Notes under the pieces: generated by a model | The model's database searches: none | What the model was told of the DNA's origin: nothing | Seen by the model: only the letters and a program-made list of their open reading frames with translations | Part shown: in pieces, positions 55,480-64,000 of the stretch | Numbering within the stretch: position 1 is the first letter of the stretch | How the letters are laid out: the number at the start of each line of letters is the position of its first letter | DNA from: Planctomycetota bacterium | GTDB taxonomy: Bacteria; Planctomycetota; UBA1135; UBA2386 | Direction of reading: 5' to 3' | NCBI GenBank assembly: GCA_046290465.1 | Contig: JBKAGP010000001.1 | Coordinates: forward strand, 6,016,001-6,080,000 | DNA length: 64,000 nucleotides | Made by a program: the position numbers and the translations under genes

Positions 55480-57950
55480 TCGGCGCCTGGCGGTGGTTGG
55501 CGGCAGTGCTGGTGACGACGGTCGCGGTGCTGGCGCAGGAGAAGCTCGAGGTCGACCAGCCCGAGCCCGGCACGATCCGGCTCGGCGACGCGTCGCGCGT
55601 CGCGATCCGCATCGAGGGCAAGACCGCCAATCCCAGGCGGCCGGAGGTTCCCGAAGTCGACGGCCTGCGCATGCGGTTGCTCGGTCCGTCGCGCCACAGC
55701 AACACTTACTACGACGGCCGCCGCCTGATCGAACAGGTCGGCGTGCAGTACGTGCTCGAACTGCAGCCGTCGCGGCCCGGCGTGTTCGAGGTGCCGTCGT
55801 TCCCGATCTGGACCGGCACCAAGGAGCAGCGCACCCCGGTGCTGCGGCTCGAGGCGCGGCAGGACCTGGTCGGCGCCGAGTTGGGGTTCCTCGAGGTCGA
55901 CGTCGAGCCCAAGCGGGTCTACGTGCACGAACCGGTGCGCGTGCACCTCGACTACGGCGTGCAGCAGGGCGTGCGGCTCGCCGACGCGGTCGTCGACCGC
56001 TACCGCTACCAGGACATCGAGGTCCAGGCGGCCTGGCTGGACGACTTCCCCGGCGGCGAGCGGCTCGAGATCGCGCAGCCGACCGGCGACACGCGGGTCG
56101 CGGTCTGCAACCGCAAGCTGGTCCGCGCCGGCTTCGACGGCGGCCACCAGCGCGAGCAGAAGGTCTGGCAGCACTACTCGTTCGACCGCGCGTTCCTGCC
56201 GACGCGGCTCGGGCGGATCACGCTGCCGGCGCCGATGCTGCGCTTCCGGGTGGTCCGCGGCCGTCCGCAGACCAACCGCTTCGGCCGGCCGATCGGCGCG
56301 GCGACCGAGAACTACTCTGTCTACGGCAAGCCGGTCGAGATCGAGGTGCTGCCGATCCCGGAGGAAGGGCGGCCGACGCCGTTCTACGGCGCGGTCGGTC
56401 GCTTCACCGTCGCCGCCGGACTCGACCGCAGCCAGGTCCGGGTCGGCGAATCGGTCAAGCTCACGCTGACCGTGCGCGGCAGCGGCAATCTGGAGTTCCT
56501 GCGCCTGCCCGAACTCGACGAACTCGCGGGCTTCCACAAGCTGGGCTCCAACGAGGCGCAGCGCGACGCGGACAAGGTCGTGATCACCTACGACCTGACG
56601 CCGCTCAGCGAGGACGTGCGCGAGATCCCGGCGATCGGCTGGAACTACTTCGACACCACGCCGGGCGTCGAGGCGTTCGTCGAGGTGGCGACCTCGCCGC
56701 TGCCGCTCGACGTGCAGCCGCTGGCCAACGGCGAAGGGCTCTTGCCGCTGCCCGACGAGGTCGAGGCCGCGGTGACGCCCGGCGTCGACGACATCTTCGA
56801 CCTGCCGTCGCTCGACGGCACCGCGGTGCGGCGGGCGTCGCCGTCGGCGTGGCTCGGGGCGGTCGTCGTGGTGCTGCCGTGGCTGCTGGTGCTGGCGGCG
56901 GCGTTCGCGCTGCGCGCGCGCCGCCGCGCCGCCGCCGACGTGACCGGCCAGCGCGTGCGCGGCGCGCGACGCGCGTTCGAACGGTCGCTGCAGGCCGGGC
57001 ACGACGTGCTCGACGCGCTGGCGGCCTACCTCGGCGACCGGCTCGACGTGCCGGCGGCGGCCGTGATCACGCCCGAGCTGGCGCAGCGGCTCGCCGACAG
57101 CGGCCTCGACGACGCGGTGGCCCGCGAGGTCGCGGCGCTGGTCGATCGCGGCACCGCGGCGCGCTACGGCGGCGGCGAGTCGCTGTCGGCCGACGAGGCC
57201 CGCGGTGTCGTGCAGCGACTCGAAGGCGTGCGCTTCGGCGCGCGGCTGCTACCGCTGCTGTTGCTGCCGCTGGTGTTCGCGTGCGGCGGCGCGCTGCGTG
57301 CGCAGCACGACGAGGCGGTGCGCGCCTACCGCGCGGGCGACTACCAGGCCGCCGACGCGGCGTTCGCCGCCGCGTACGAGCGCACCGGCGACCGCCGGCT
57401 GCTGCGCGCGCGCGGCAACTGCCAGTACCGGATGGGTGACCTCGCCGGCGCGCGCTGGTCGTACGAACGTGCCCGCCTCGGCCTGCCGCGCGACGAGGAG
57501 CTGCTCGCCAACCTGCGCGTGCTGCGCCGGCAGCTGGAGCTGCCGCCCGAGCCGCCGGGCTTCACCGCCGAACTGCGCCGCCAGCTGGATCGTTGGACCG
57601 TCTGGGAACGCGCCGCAGTCGCGTCCGTCGCGATGCTGCTCGCCGCCGGTTGCCTCTTGTTCGGCTGGCGCCGCATCGGCCTGCGCTGGCTCGGGCTGGT
57701 GTGCCTGGTGCCCGGCGTCGTGCTCGCCGTCGACGTCGTCTGGCTGGCTCCGAGTCGGCCGGTCGAGGCGGTCGCGCTGCAGGAACTGCAGGTCACCTCG
57801 GAGCCGCGCGCCGACCTCGAGGCGGTCGCGACCGTGCGCCAGGGCGTGATGGTCGAACTCGGCGGCAGCACGCAGGGCGCGTTCGTGCGGGTGCGGGTGC
57901 AGGGCCGGACCGGCTACGTGCCGCGCGCGGCCGTCGGCGTCGTCGACTAG
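55476..57950 (+). CDS. batD: BatD-family protein fused to a BatE-like TPR/TM/SH3 region
   Basis: BatD motifs (GAVGRF, VGESVKLTLTVRGSGNL, YFD), then AYRAGDYQAA TPR, two TMs and SH3-like VRVQGRTGYVP. Confidence 0.8.
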   Translation: MIGAWRWLAAVLVTTVAVLAQEKLEVDQPEPGTIRLGDASRVAIRIEGKTANPRRPEVPEVDGLRMRLLGPSRHSNTYYDGRRLIEQVGVQYVLELQPSRPGVFEVPSFPIWTGTKEQRTPVLRLEARQDLVGAELGFLEVDVEPKRVYVHEPVRVHLDYGVQQGVRLADAVVDRYRYQDIEVQAAWLDDFPGGERLEIAQPTGDTRVAVCNRKLVRAGFDGGHQREQKVWQHYSFDRAFLPTRLGRITLPAPMLRFRVVRGRPQTNRFGRPIGAATENYSVYGKPVEIEVLPIPEEGRPTPFYGAVGRFTVAAGLDRSQVRVGESVKLTLTVRGSGNLEFLRLPELDELAGFHKLGSNEAQRDADKVVITYDLTPLSEDVREIPAIGWNYFDTTPGVEAFVEVATSPLPLDVQPLANGEGLLPLPDEVEAAVTPGVDDIFDLPSLDGTAVRRASPSAWLGAVVVVLPWLLVLAAAFALRARRRAAADVTGQRVRGARRAFERSLQAGHDVLDALAAYLGDRLDVPAAAVITPELAQRLADSGLDDAVAREVAALVDRGTAARYGGGESLSADEARGVVQRLEGVRFGARLLPLLLLPLVFACGGALRAQHDEAVRAYRAGDYQAADAAFAAAYERTGDRRLLRARGNCQYRMGDLAGARWSYERARLGLPRDEELLANLRVLRRQLELPPEPPGFTAELRRQLDRWTVWERAAVASVAMLLAAGCLLFGWRRIGLRWLGLVCLVPGVVLAVDVVWLAPSRPVEAVALQELQVTSEPRADLEAVATVRQGVMVELGGSTQGAFVRVRVQGRTGYVPRAAVGVVD

Positions 57951-57991
57951 GCGGGGGTCGAGGCAGTCCGACGAGCCAGCCGACCGACGCG

Positions 57992-58207
57992 TCAGCCGAG
58001 CATGCGCTTGGCGCGCCAGGCGACGATCAGCAGCAGGCCGCCGAGGATCAGGAACAGGCCGGCGACCAGATACTGCAGCAGCCACGGGTTGAACAGCAGC
58101 AGCAGCCCGAAGGCGAACACGCCGCCGCCGAGGAACATCAGCAGCAGCGGGAGTTGCGGGGGAATCGTCGGCATGCCCGGCATGCCGCCCTTCAAACGGA
58201 TGTCCAT
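57992..58207 (-). CDS. Small two-TM membrane protein
   Basis: 71 aa with two hydrophobic helices. Confidence 0.6.
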   Translation of the reverse strand: MDIRLKGGMPGMPTIPPQLPLLLMFLGGGVFAFGLLLLFNPWLLQYLVAGLFLILGGLLLIVAWRAKRMLG

Positions 58208-58217
58208 GTGGTGAGTC

Positions 58218-59360
58218 TCAGGCGCGGTCGGTGAGCGGGCGTTCGTAGACGCGGTAGCGCCGGTAGGGTTCGCAGCCCAGCGACTGCAGGGGGCCGAGCA
58301 TGTCGGTGTTGTCCTCGAGGATCCAGCTCGCTTCGACCGCCCCGAAGCCGGCGTCGATGCCGTCGCTGGTGACCTTGTTCATCAGCAGCATGTCGAGGCC
58401 GGTCTTGCGATATTCGGCGAGCGCGCCGAGCGTCAGCACGCGGATCAGGTGCTTGTGCTTCATCGCGCGCAGGAACTTCCACCAGCCGAACGGCAACAGC
58501 CGGCCGTTGCACGCCTTGGCGCCGACGTTGGTGTCGGGCAGCGCGAGCACGAAGCCGACCGGCTCGCCGTCCTTCTCGGCGATGTGCAGCAGCGACGGGT
58601 GCGCGACCTTCTTCAGGTCCTTTGCCTGCGCCAGGAACTCGCCCTCGGTCATCGGCACAAAGCCCCAGTTCCGCTCCCAGATCCGCTCGTAGAGGTCCCA
58701 GAGCACCCGGCACTCGGCGTCGAAGCGCTTCAGGTCGACGCGGCGGACCACGATGCCGGTGCGCTTCTCGATGCGCGCGGTCAGCTTGTCCATGCGGCCG
58801 CGGTCGAGCGTGTGCTCGGTGCCGTAGAGCGCCAGCAGGTCCTTGGCCTTGTGCATGCCGAACGACTCGATCCAGTCGGCGTAGGCCTTTGGGTTGTGCG
58901 GCATCATCATCACCGGCGGGCCCGGCTGGCCCTCGACCAGCAGCCCGCAGCGGTAGTTGGTCGACAGGTCGACCGGCCCGCGCAGCGCCGTCGCCGAGCG
59001 CTGCCGGCACCAGTCGGCGGCGTGCTGCAGCAGGTGGTGGGCGGTGGCCTCGTCCCGGGCCTCGAAGTGGCCGAAGAAGCCGATCCGGTCGCCGTGGAAG
59101 TCGTCGTGCAGCTGGTCGCGCGCGGTGCTGATCCGGCCGACGCATTCGCTGCCGCGATATGCCGCGAACTTGTCGAACTGCGCGTGCTGAAAGAACGGGT
59201 TCTTGTGCGGCTCGAGCTGCCACGACTCCGCCATCGTGATCGGCGGCACGTAGTCGGGGTCGCCCCGGTAGAACGCCCGCTGCAGGTCGAGGAACTGGCG
59301 GGCCGAGCGCACGGGGCGGATCTCGAGGTCCACTTGCAGGTCTTTCCGCGGGGCGGTCAT
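58218..59360 (-). CDS. YghO-like GNAT acyltransferase (bacterial ceramide-synthase-like family)
   Basis: YRGDPDYVPP; KNPFF; GRI; GFFGHFE; LRGP; GLLVEG; MPHNP; NWGFVP; GRLLPFGW; SWILEDN. Confidence 0.85.
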   Translation of the reverse strand: MTAPRKDLQVDLEIRPVRSARQFLDLQRAFYRGDPDYVPPITMAESWQLEPHKNPFFQHAQFDKFAAYRGSECVGRISTARDQLHDDFHGDRIGFFGHFEARDEATAHHLLQHAADWCRQRSATALRGPVDLSTNYRCGLLVEGQPGPPVMMMPHNPKAYADWIESFGMHKAKDLLALYGTEHTLDRGRMDKLTARIEKRTGIVVRRVDLKRFDAECRVLWDLYERIWERNWGFVPMTEGEFLAQAKDLKKVAHPSLLHIAEKDGEPVGFVLALPDTNVGAKACNGRLLPFGWWKFLRAMKHKHLIRVLTLGALAEYRKTGLDMLLMNKVTSDGIDAGFGAVEASWILEDNTDMLGPLQSLGCEPYRRYRVYERPLTDRA

Positions 59361-59378
59361 CCGGGTAGACGTTAGGGA

Positions 59379-60356
59379 ATGACGTTGTCCGTCGCCACGA
59401 ACCCGCGCGCCCGTTCTGCCCGCGTCGCCGCGAGCCTGCTCGCCGCGATCGCCGTGGCGGCGTGCGCCGGCACGCCCGAGACCTACACCCCGGGCGTGAT
59501 GACCAAGGAGCAGATCGCGCGCTGCCGCGAGGTCGCCCAGGCCTACTTCGATCGCAAGCCCGAATACCAGGCGATGCGCGACGAGCTGCGCGAGGACGAA
59601 CTCGCGAGCAAGTGGTTCGTGCGCTACCTGATCCACGGCATCGTCACGATGCGCGAAGGCCAGTCGGTGCTGCTCTCCGAGGAGAAGGTGCGGCTCGACA
59701 AGATCCGCCGGCAGCGCAAGGCGCCGCCGCGCTTCGACCTGCCCGGCCAGCGCGACGACCTGCGCGCGATCCACCAGATCGTCGCGATGGGCGAGCCGGC
59801 GGTCGAGGTCGTCATCGAGGACCTGCTCAAGGACCGGCAGGAGTTCCTGCGCACGATCGGGGTCGAGATCCTGGCCGGCGTCGGTGACGCGGCGGTGCCG
59901 AACCTGCTCGCGCTGGCCAAGGGTGGCGACGCCCGCCAGCAGGGTCAGGCGGCGCGCGCGCTGGGAGCGATCGGCGCGCGCGGCCCGGCGCTGGCGGCGC
60001 TGCGCGAGCTGGCCGGTTCGCCCGAGTGGCGGGTGCGCAGCGACGCGGCGCAGGCGCTCGGCACCGGCGGCGTCGAGGCGCGCACGCTGCTGATCGCGAT
60101 GCTGCAGGACGGGGATCCGTTCGTGCAGCGCAAGGCGGCGGAGACGCTGGCGAGCTACCCGGACGCGATCGCGGCCGGGGCGCTGGTTGACTTCCTCGAG
60201 TCCTGCAAGGAACGGAACGAATGGAACGGCGAGCTCGCGGCGCAGAACGCGCTGCAGCAGATCGCCGGCAGCAAGGGGCCGCGCACCGCTCAGGCGTGGC
60301 GGCACTTCGTCGAGCAGCTCCGTGAGGGGGGCGATCAGGCACAACATGGCCGATGA
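59379..60356 (+). CDS. HEAT-repeat lipoprotein
   Basis: Lipobox VAAC; AARALGAIG, WRVRSDAAQALG, LQDGDPFVQRKAAETL repeats. Confidence 0.8.
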   Translation: MTLSVATNPRARSARVAASLLAAIAVAACAGTPETYTPGVMTKEQIARCREVAQAYFDRKPEYQAMRDELREDELASKWFVRYLIHGIVTMREGQSVLLSEEKVRLDKIRRQRKAPPRFDLPGQRDDLRAIHQIVAMGEPAVEVVIEDLLKDRQEFLRTIGVEILAGVGDAAVPNLLALAKGGDARQQGQAARALGAIGARGPALAALRELAGSPEWRVRSDAAQALGTGGVEARTLLIAMLQDGDPFVQRKAAETLASYPDAIAAGALVDFLESCKERNEWNGELAAQNALQQIAGSKGPRTAQAWRHFVEQLREGGDQAQHGR

Positions 60357-60933
60357 GTGGAAGATCCAGCGGGACCGCGAGGGCTGCCAGAAGCCCGGCT
60401 GTCCGTTGCCGACCAGCAAGTCCTACTTCGCGGTACTGGAGTGGGGCGTCACCGAGGCGAAGTCGAAGGACGGCAAGTCCACCGGCGTCGAGATCCCGAT
60501 CTGCATCCGGCGCGAGATGTGCGACGCGTGCTTCCAGGACCACGAACGCAAGTGCGCCGAGGATCAGCCGCCGATCTTCTGGCGGGCGATGCGCAAGTCG
60601 TCGGGCAGCAAGGAGCCGGTGCTCGACCTGGTCTCGCTGCGGGCGCTGTTCGACCGGCTCGGCACGGTCGACGACGACCGCGCCCGGGCGCTGCGCTACT
60701 TCTGCGCGCTGCTGCTGCTGCGCAAGCGCGTGCTCAAGATGGTCAAGCCCAAGACCCGTGAGCAGGAGCAGGCCGACCTGGTCGTGCGCGACCCCAAGCT
60801 GAAGGAGATGGAGCCGGTCGCGCTCTACGCGCCGTCGATCGAGTCGACCGACATGTCGACGGTCAAGGACGAGCTGCTGGCCGCGATCGGCGAGACCAGC
60901 GACGAGGGCGAGCCGGCCGAAGCCGGCGACTGA
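60346..60933 (+). CDS. Hypothetical protein with Cys motifs (possible Zn ribbon)
   Basis: CQKPGC and CDAC; FWR; LRYFCALLLLRKRVLK. Confidence 0.7.
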   Translation: MADEWKIQRDREGCQKPGCPLPTSKSYFAVLEWGVTEAKSKDGKSTGVEIPICIRREMCDACFQDHERKCAEDQPPIFWRAMRKSSGSKEPVLDLVSLRALFDRLGTVDDDRARALRYFCALLLLRKRVLKMVKPKTREQEQADLVVRDPKLKEMEPVALYAPSIESTDMSTVKDELLAAIGETSDEGEPAEAGD

Positions 60934-60957
60934 TCGCGCGGCGGGGCGGCTCGCGGC

Positions 60958-61572
60958 TCACTTGAGCCACGAGATGTCCCAGACGAAGTCGTCGCCCTTG
61001 TCCATCACGGTGCGCGCCGGCAGCAGCAGGATCGCCTTGTCGCCGTCGCGGTCCGCGGTCACGCCGCGGCCGGTCGGCAGCACGCCGGACGAGATCACCT
61101 TGCCGGGCGTCTCGACCTCGAGGCGCAGCACGTCGCCGATCTCATGCGTTCGCCCGGTCGGATCGTAGGCCTTGGCGAGCTTCGCCCGGGTCGCCCGGTC
61201 GGGGGTCAGCAGCCGGACCCAGCGGGTGCCCTCGCCGCGCTGGATCACGACGCGCAGGCCGGGGCGGTCGCTGTCGAGCTGGGGCGCAAACGTGATCTCG
61301 CCGTCGGCCAGGTCCAGGGCGCCGATGTCGGCGAACGTGCCCTGGCTCGAGACCAGCCCGGCGTGCACGTTCCACTTGCCGCCCTGCAGGCGCCTGGCGG
61401 CATCGGGGGCCTCGCGGACCGGGGCCAGCGAGCGCAGCGTGACGGTTCCGGAGCCGTCCGCGGCGAGGTCGACGTGCATGCCGACGAGCTCGCCGCCGCC
61501 GCACGAGCACAGGGCCAGCAGGGCGGTCAGCAGCAGGAAGGACAGGGAAGCAGGGGGGCGCATCGGGGTCAC
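60958..61572 (-). CDS. Hypothetical lipoprotein
   Basis: Lipobox LCSC; DLAADGSGTVT motif. Start may instead be ATG at 61563. Confidence 0.65.
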   Translation of the reverse strand: MTPMRPPASLSFLLLTALLALCSCGGGELVGMHVDLAADGSGTVTLRSLAPVREAPDAARRLQGGKWNVHAGLVSSQGTFADIGALDLADGEITFAPQLDSDRPGLRVVIQRGEGTRWVRLLTPDRATRAKLAKAYDPTGRTHEIGDVLRLEVETPGKVISSGVLPTGRGVTADRDGDKAILLLPARTVMDKGDDFVWDISWLK

Positions 61573-61682
61573 TCGCTCGTTTGGCTTGGGGAATTGCGGG
61601 GCCGCGCAGATTTTTTCTGCGAGCCGGATCTCTTGTCAGCCGCTCCGTTGGGGTCGGACGGCATCCGCCCACACCATGGGAT

Positions 61683-61775
61683 GTGGAGGTGGGTGGTCGG
61701 TGGGGGTGAGTGGTGGGTGGGGGTGGTCTGGAGGTGGTGGCGCGTGGTTGACAGTGGGTGAAGCGTTGGTAGATT
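61683..61775 (+). promoter_or_regulatory. dcw promoter with MraZ-box direct repeats
   Basis: GTGG at about 10-bp spacing (61683, 61693, 61713, 61723, 61734, 61744, 61754); TTGACA at 61748-61753; TAGATT at 61770-61775. Confidence 0.75.
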
Positions 61776-61818
61776 CCATCGTGACAAGGGCGCGGGTTGT
61801 GTCCAGGTCACGGCGACG

Positions 61819-62292
61819 ATGGCCACCTACTTTGGCAGTTCGGAACACGGCATCGATGACAAGGGCAGGCTCACCCTGCCCGCGCGCATCCTTGACGAGC
61901 TCCCGAAGAGCCAATGGAAGTTCCATCTGACCGCTGGTCTGGATCGCTGCCTGCTCCTGCACGATGCCGAAGGGTTTCAAGAACTCGTCGACCAGATCGG
62001 TCGGGCCGTACCTGGCAGCCGGGCTCACCGGGCGCTGTGTCGGCGGTTCCTGGGTCACTCCGAGGCGGTCGTGCCTGACGGCAACCGGCGCATCCGTGTG
62101 CCCGAGCCGTTGCTCAAGTATGCGGGACTCGCTGCAAGCAAGCCCGTCGTCCTGGTAGGCACCGGCCGGGTCTGTGAACTCTGGTCGCCGTCGCAGCTGG
62201 ACGTCGCGCTCGCCGAAGCGAGCCCCGAGGAAGAGCAGCTCTTTTCCAGTCTGGTCGGTCCTGCCACACCATCGGCGCCCGCGGATTCGTAG
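61819..62292 (+). CDS. mraZ: Division/cell-wall cluster transcriptional regulator MraZ
   Basis: FGSSEHGIDDKGRLTLPA; GLDRCL; DGNRRIRVP; VGTG..CELW; upstream of rsmH. Confidence 0.93.
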   Translation: MATYFGSSEHGIDDKGRLTLPARILDELPKSQWKFHLTAGLDRCLLLHDAEGFQELVDQIGRAVPGSRAHRALCRRFLGHSEAVVPDGNRRIRVPEPLLKYAGLAASKPVVLVGTGRVCELWSPSQLDVALAEASPEEEQLFSSLVGPATPSAPADS

Positions 62293-62407
62293 TGACGAGC
62301 TTCGTCGCACGACTCCACGACAGGCAACGTGGTGAGGCGTGTCCTTGCACCCTCGGTCAGGGTGCGCGTTCGGCGACTGCTGTCGGGTGGTCAAGGGATG
62401 TAGCGCA

Positions 62408-63355
62408 TTGAATGCGGACACGCAGAGTAACGGCGGTGATGGGCACGGGAACAGGCATTCCGTGCACTTGCCGGTGTTGTTCGAACAGACGTTGACGATC
62501 CTCGATCTCCGCTCCGGACTCGTGGTCGTCGATGGAACGGTCGGGGCCGGTGGTCACGCGACAGGCATCGCGAAGGCCATCGGTCCGGACGGTTGTGTGG
62601 TAGGGCTCGATCGTGACGGGGAGATCCTGGCCGTGGCGCAGGAGGCTTTGGCAGCTGCCAAGGACACCGGCGCCGCGGCCAGTTTCTCCCTGCACCACTC
62701 ACCTCACGCCAACCTGCGCGAGGTCCTGGCAGGAATCGGTCAGTCCTGCTGCGACCGCGTGCTCCTCGACATCGGCGTCAGTTCTCTCCAGTTGGACCGA
62801 CCCGAAAGAGGGTTCTCGTTCATGGCCGACGGGCCACTAGACATGCGCATGGACGCCACGGCGAAGCTCACTGCCGAGCAGTGGCTCCACAAGGTGCCGG
62901 AGCAGCAGCTGGCGGACACGCTCTACCAGCTGGGCGAAGAACGGCACAGCCGCCGGATCGCTCGTCGCATCGTCGAGGAGCGCCGCCGCCGGCGGATCAC
63001 GCGGACCGGCCAGCTCGCCGAGCTGGTGGTCTCGGCGATGCCGGCGCCGGCGCGCAAGGGGCGCATCCACGCGGCGACGCGCACGTTCCAGGCGATCCGC
63101 ATGGCGGTCAACGACGAGCTCGGCGCGCTCGAGCGCGGCATGCAGGCGGCGGTCGACTGCCTGCGCCCGGGGGGTCGCCTGGCCGTCATCTCCTTCCACT
63201 CGATCGAGGATCGCGTCGTCAAGCACTTCGTGCGCGAGCACCTCGACGTCGTCACCAAGAAGCCGATCACCGCGACGCCCGCCGAGGCCAGGCAGAACCC
63301 TCGCGCGCGCAGTGCCAAGCTTCGTTGCGGGATCAAGTCGGAGGCGCAGGCATGA
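62408..63355 (+). CDS. rsmH: 16S rRNA m4C1402 methyltransferase RsmH
   Basis: HLPVL; DGTVGAGGH; DIGVSSLQLD.PERGFSF; GPLDMRMD; TFQAIRMAVNDEL; FHSIEDRVVK; NPRARSAKLR. Start approximate. Confidence 0.96.
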   Translation: MNADTQSNGGDGHGNRHSVHLPVLFEQTLTILDLRSGLVVVDGTVGAGGHATGIAKAIGPDGCVVGLDRDGEILAVAQEALAAAKDTGAAASFSLHHSPHANLREVLAGIGQSCCDRVLLDIGVSSLQLDRPERGFSFMADGPLDMRMDATAKLTAEQWLHKVPEQQLADTLYQLGEERHSRRIARRIVEERRRRRITRTGQLAELVVSAMPAPARKGRIHAATRTFQAIRMAVNDELGALERGMQAAVDCLRPGGRLAVISFHSIEDRVVKHFVREHLDVVTKKPITATPAEARQNPRARSAKLRCGIKSEAQA

Positions 63356-63606
63356 GGTGGTTGATCGCGGGATTGTTGTTCGCGCTGGCGGTGACGCTGG
63401 CGATCGGCACGGCGGCGCTGCGCGCCGAGAACGTCGGCAAGCGCCGTGAGCTCGAGCAGGGCTACCGGGCGGTCTGGGACCGCATCGTCGAGTTCAAGCG
63501 GATCCGGGTCGAGCAGCTCGAGTCGGTGTCGCCCGAGAAGCTGGCCGAACTGCACTGGCAGTGGCTGCATCGCGAGGGCGCCCGGCGCCAGGAGCGGCTG
63601 CAGTGA
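63352..63606 (+). CDS. ftsL: Putative cell-division protein FtsL
   Basis: Short TM plus coiled coil with SPEKL, located between rsmH and a PBP gene. Confidence 0.6.
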   Translation: MRWLIAGLLFALAVTLAIGTAALRAENVGKRRELEQGYRAVWDRIVEFKRIRVEQLESVSPEKLAELHWQWLHREGARRQERLQ

Positions 63607-64000
63607 AGGCCGGCGAGCTGCTGCGGGTGCGCGTCGCGTTCGGCGCGCTCGGCGCGGTGCCGGTGTTCCTGGCAGGCTGGCTCGGCTATGTGCAGGTCGC
63701 CCAGGCCGGCGAACTCGAGGACCGCAGCGGCCAGCCGCTGCCGCTGGTCGCCGCGACCGCCGACCAGCAGGCCTGGCGCAGGGAGACCGTGCCGGCGCCG
63801 CGCGGCACGATCCTCGACCGCAGCGGCGCGACGCTGGCCGCCGACTGCGAGACCTACGAGGTGCGCATGCGCATCTCGGTGCCGCGCACCAAGCGCGACG
63901 ACCTGACGCTGTTCCGGCCGTGGCTCGAGCAGCTCGCCGACCGGCTCGCGATGGCGCTGGTCGCCGATCCGGAGATTGCCGACCGCAGCGCGACCTACGC
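63603..64000 (+). CDS. ftsI: Class B penicillin-binding protein (FtsI-like), 3'-truncated by the window edge
   Basis: GTG at 63603; TM followed by QV; VPAPRGTILDRSG..LA PBP dimerisation motif; dcw synteny. Confidence 0.8.
   Translation, partial: MKAGELLRVRVAFGALGAVPVFLAGWLGYVQVAQAGELEDRSGQPLPLVAATADQQAWRRETVPAPRGTILDRSGATLAADCETYEVRMRISVPRTKRDDLTLFRPWLEQLADRLAMALVADPEIADRSATY

Noticed and set aside
1..64000. Prophage, integrase, transposase, tRNA/rRNA or anti-phage defence genes
   Set aside because: No such motifs were recognised by eye; a covariance or HMM search could still find divergent ones.

Overview
A very GC-rich, gene-dense bacterial chromosomal window with about 54 CDS. I recognised no rRNA, tRNA, CRISPR array or transposase. 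The gene repertoire (secreted proteins sharing a GxGC...GAPGC...SN/AN-type C-terminal module, sulfatase, HEAT-repeat proteins, MoxR/Bat operon, UDPGP-family pyrophosphorylase) suggests a Planctomycetota-like organism; this is inference only. Main blocks: (1) a porin / heme-copper fusion protein / sensor kinase operon (2.4-6.5 kb); (2) a candidate sigma-54-driven structured RNA or attenuator (11.5-11.7 kb) between a metallophosphoesterase and a Gfo/Idh/MocA + radical SAM pair; (3) three proteases (lysyl-endopeptidase-like, matrixin, Deg/HtrA); (4) a YtrA-type GntR-ABC operon with an S41 peptidase and an esterase; (5) an ApbE / porin / FMN-binding protein / His-rich membrane protein operon behind a Fur-like palindrome; (6) housekeeping genes recG, nnrE and an rlmD-like methyltransferase; (7) a MoxR-DUF58-Bat operon; (8) the start of the dcw cluster (mraZ-rsmH-ftsL-ftsI). 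Several start codons were re-assigned by eye from the ORF track. All product calls rest on motifs read by eye, with no database search.
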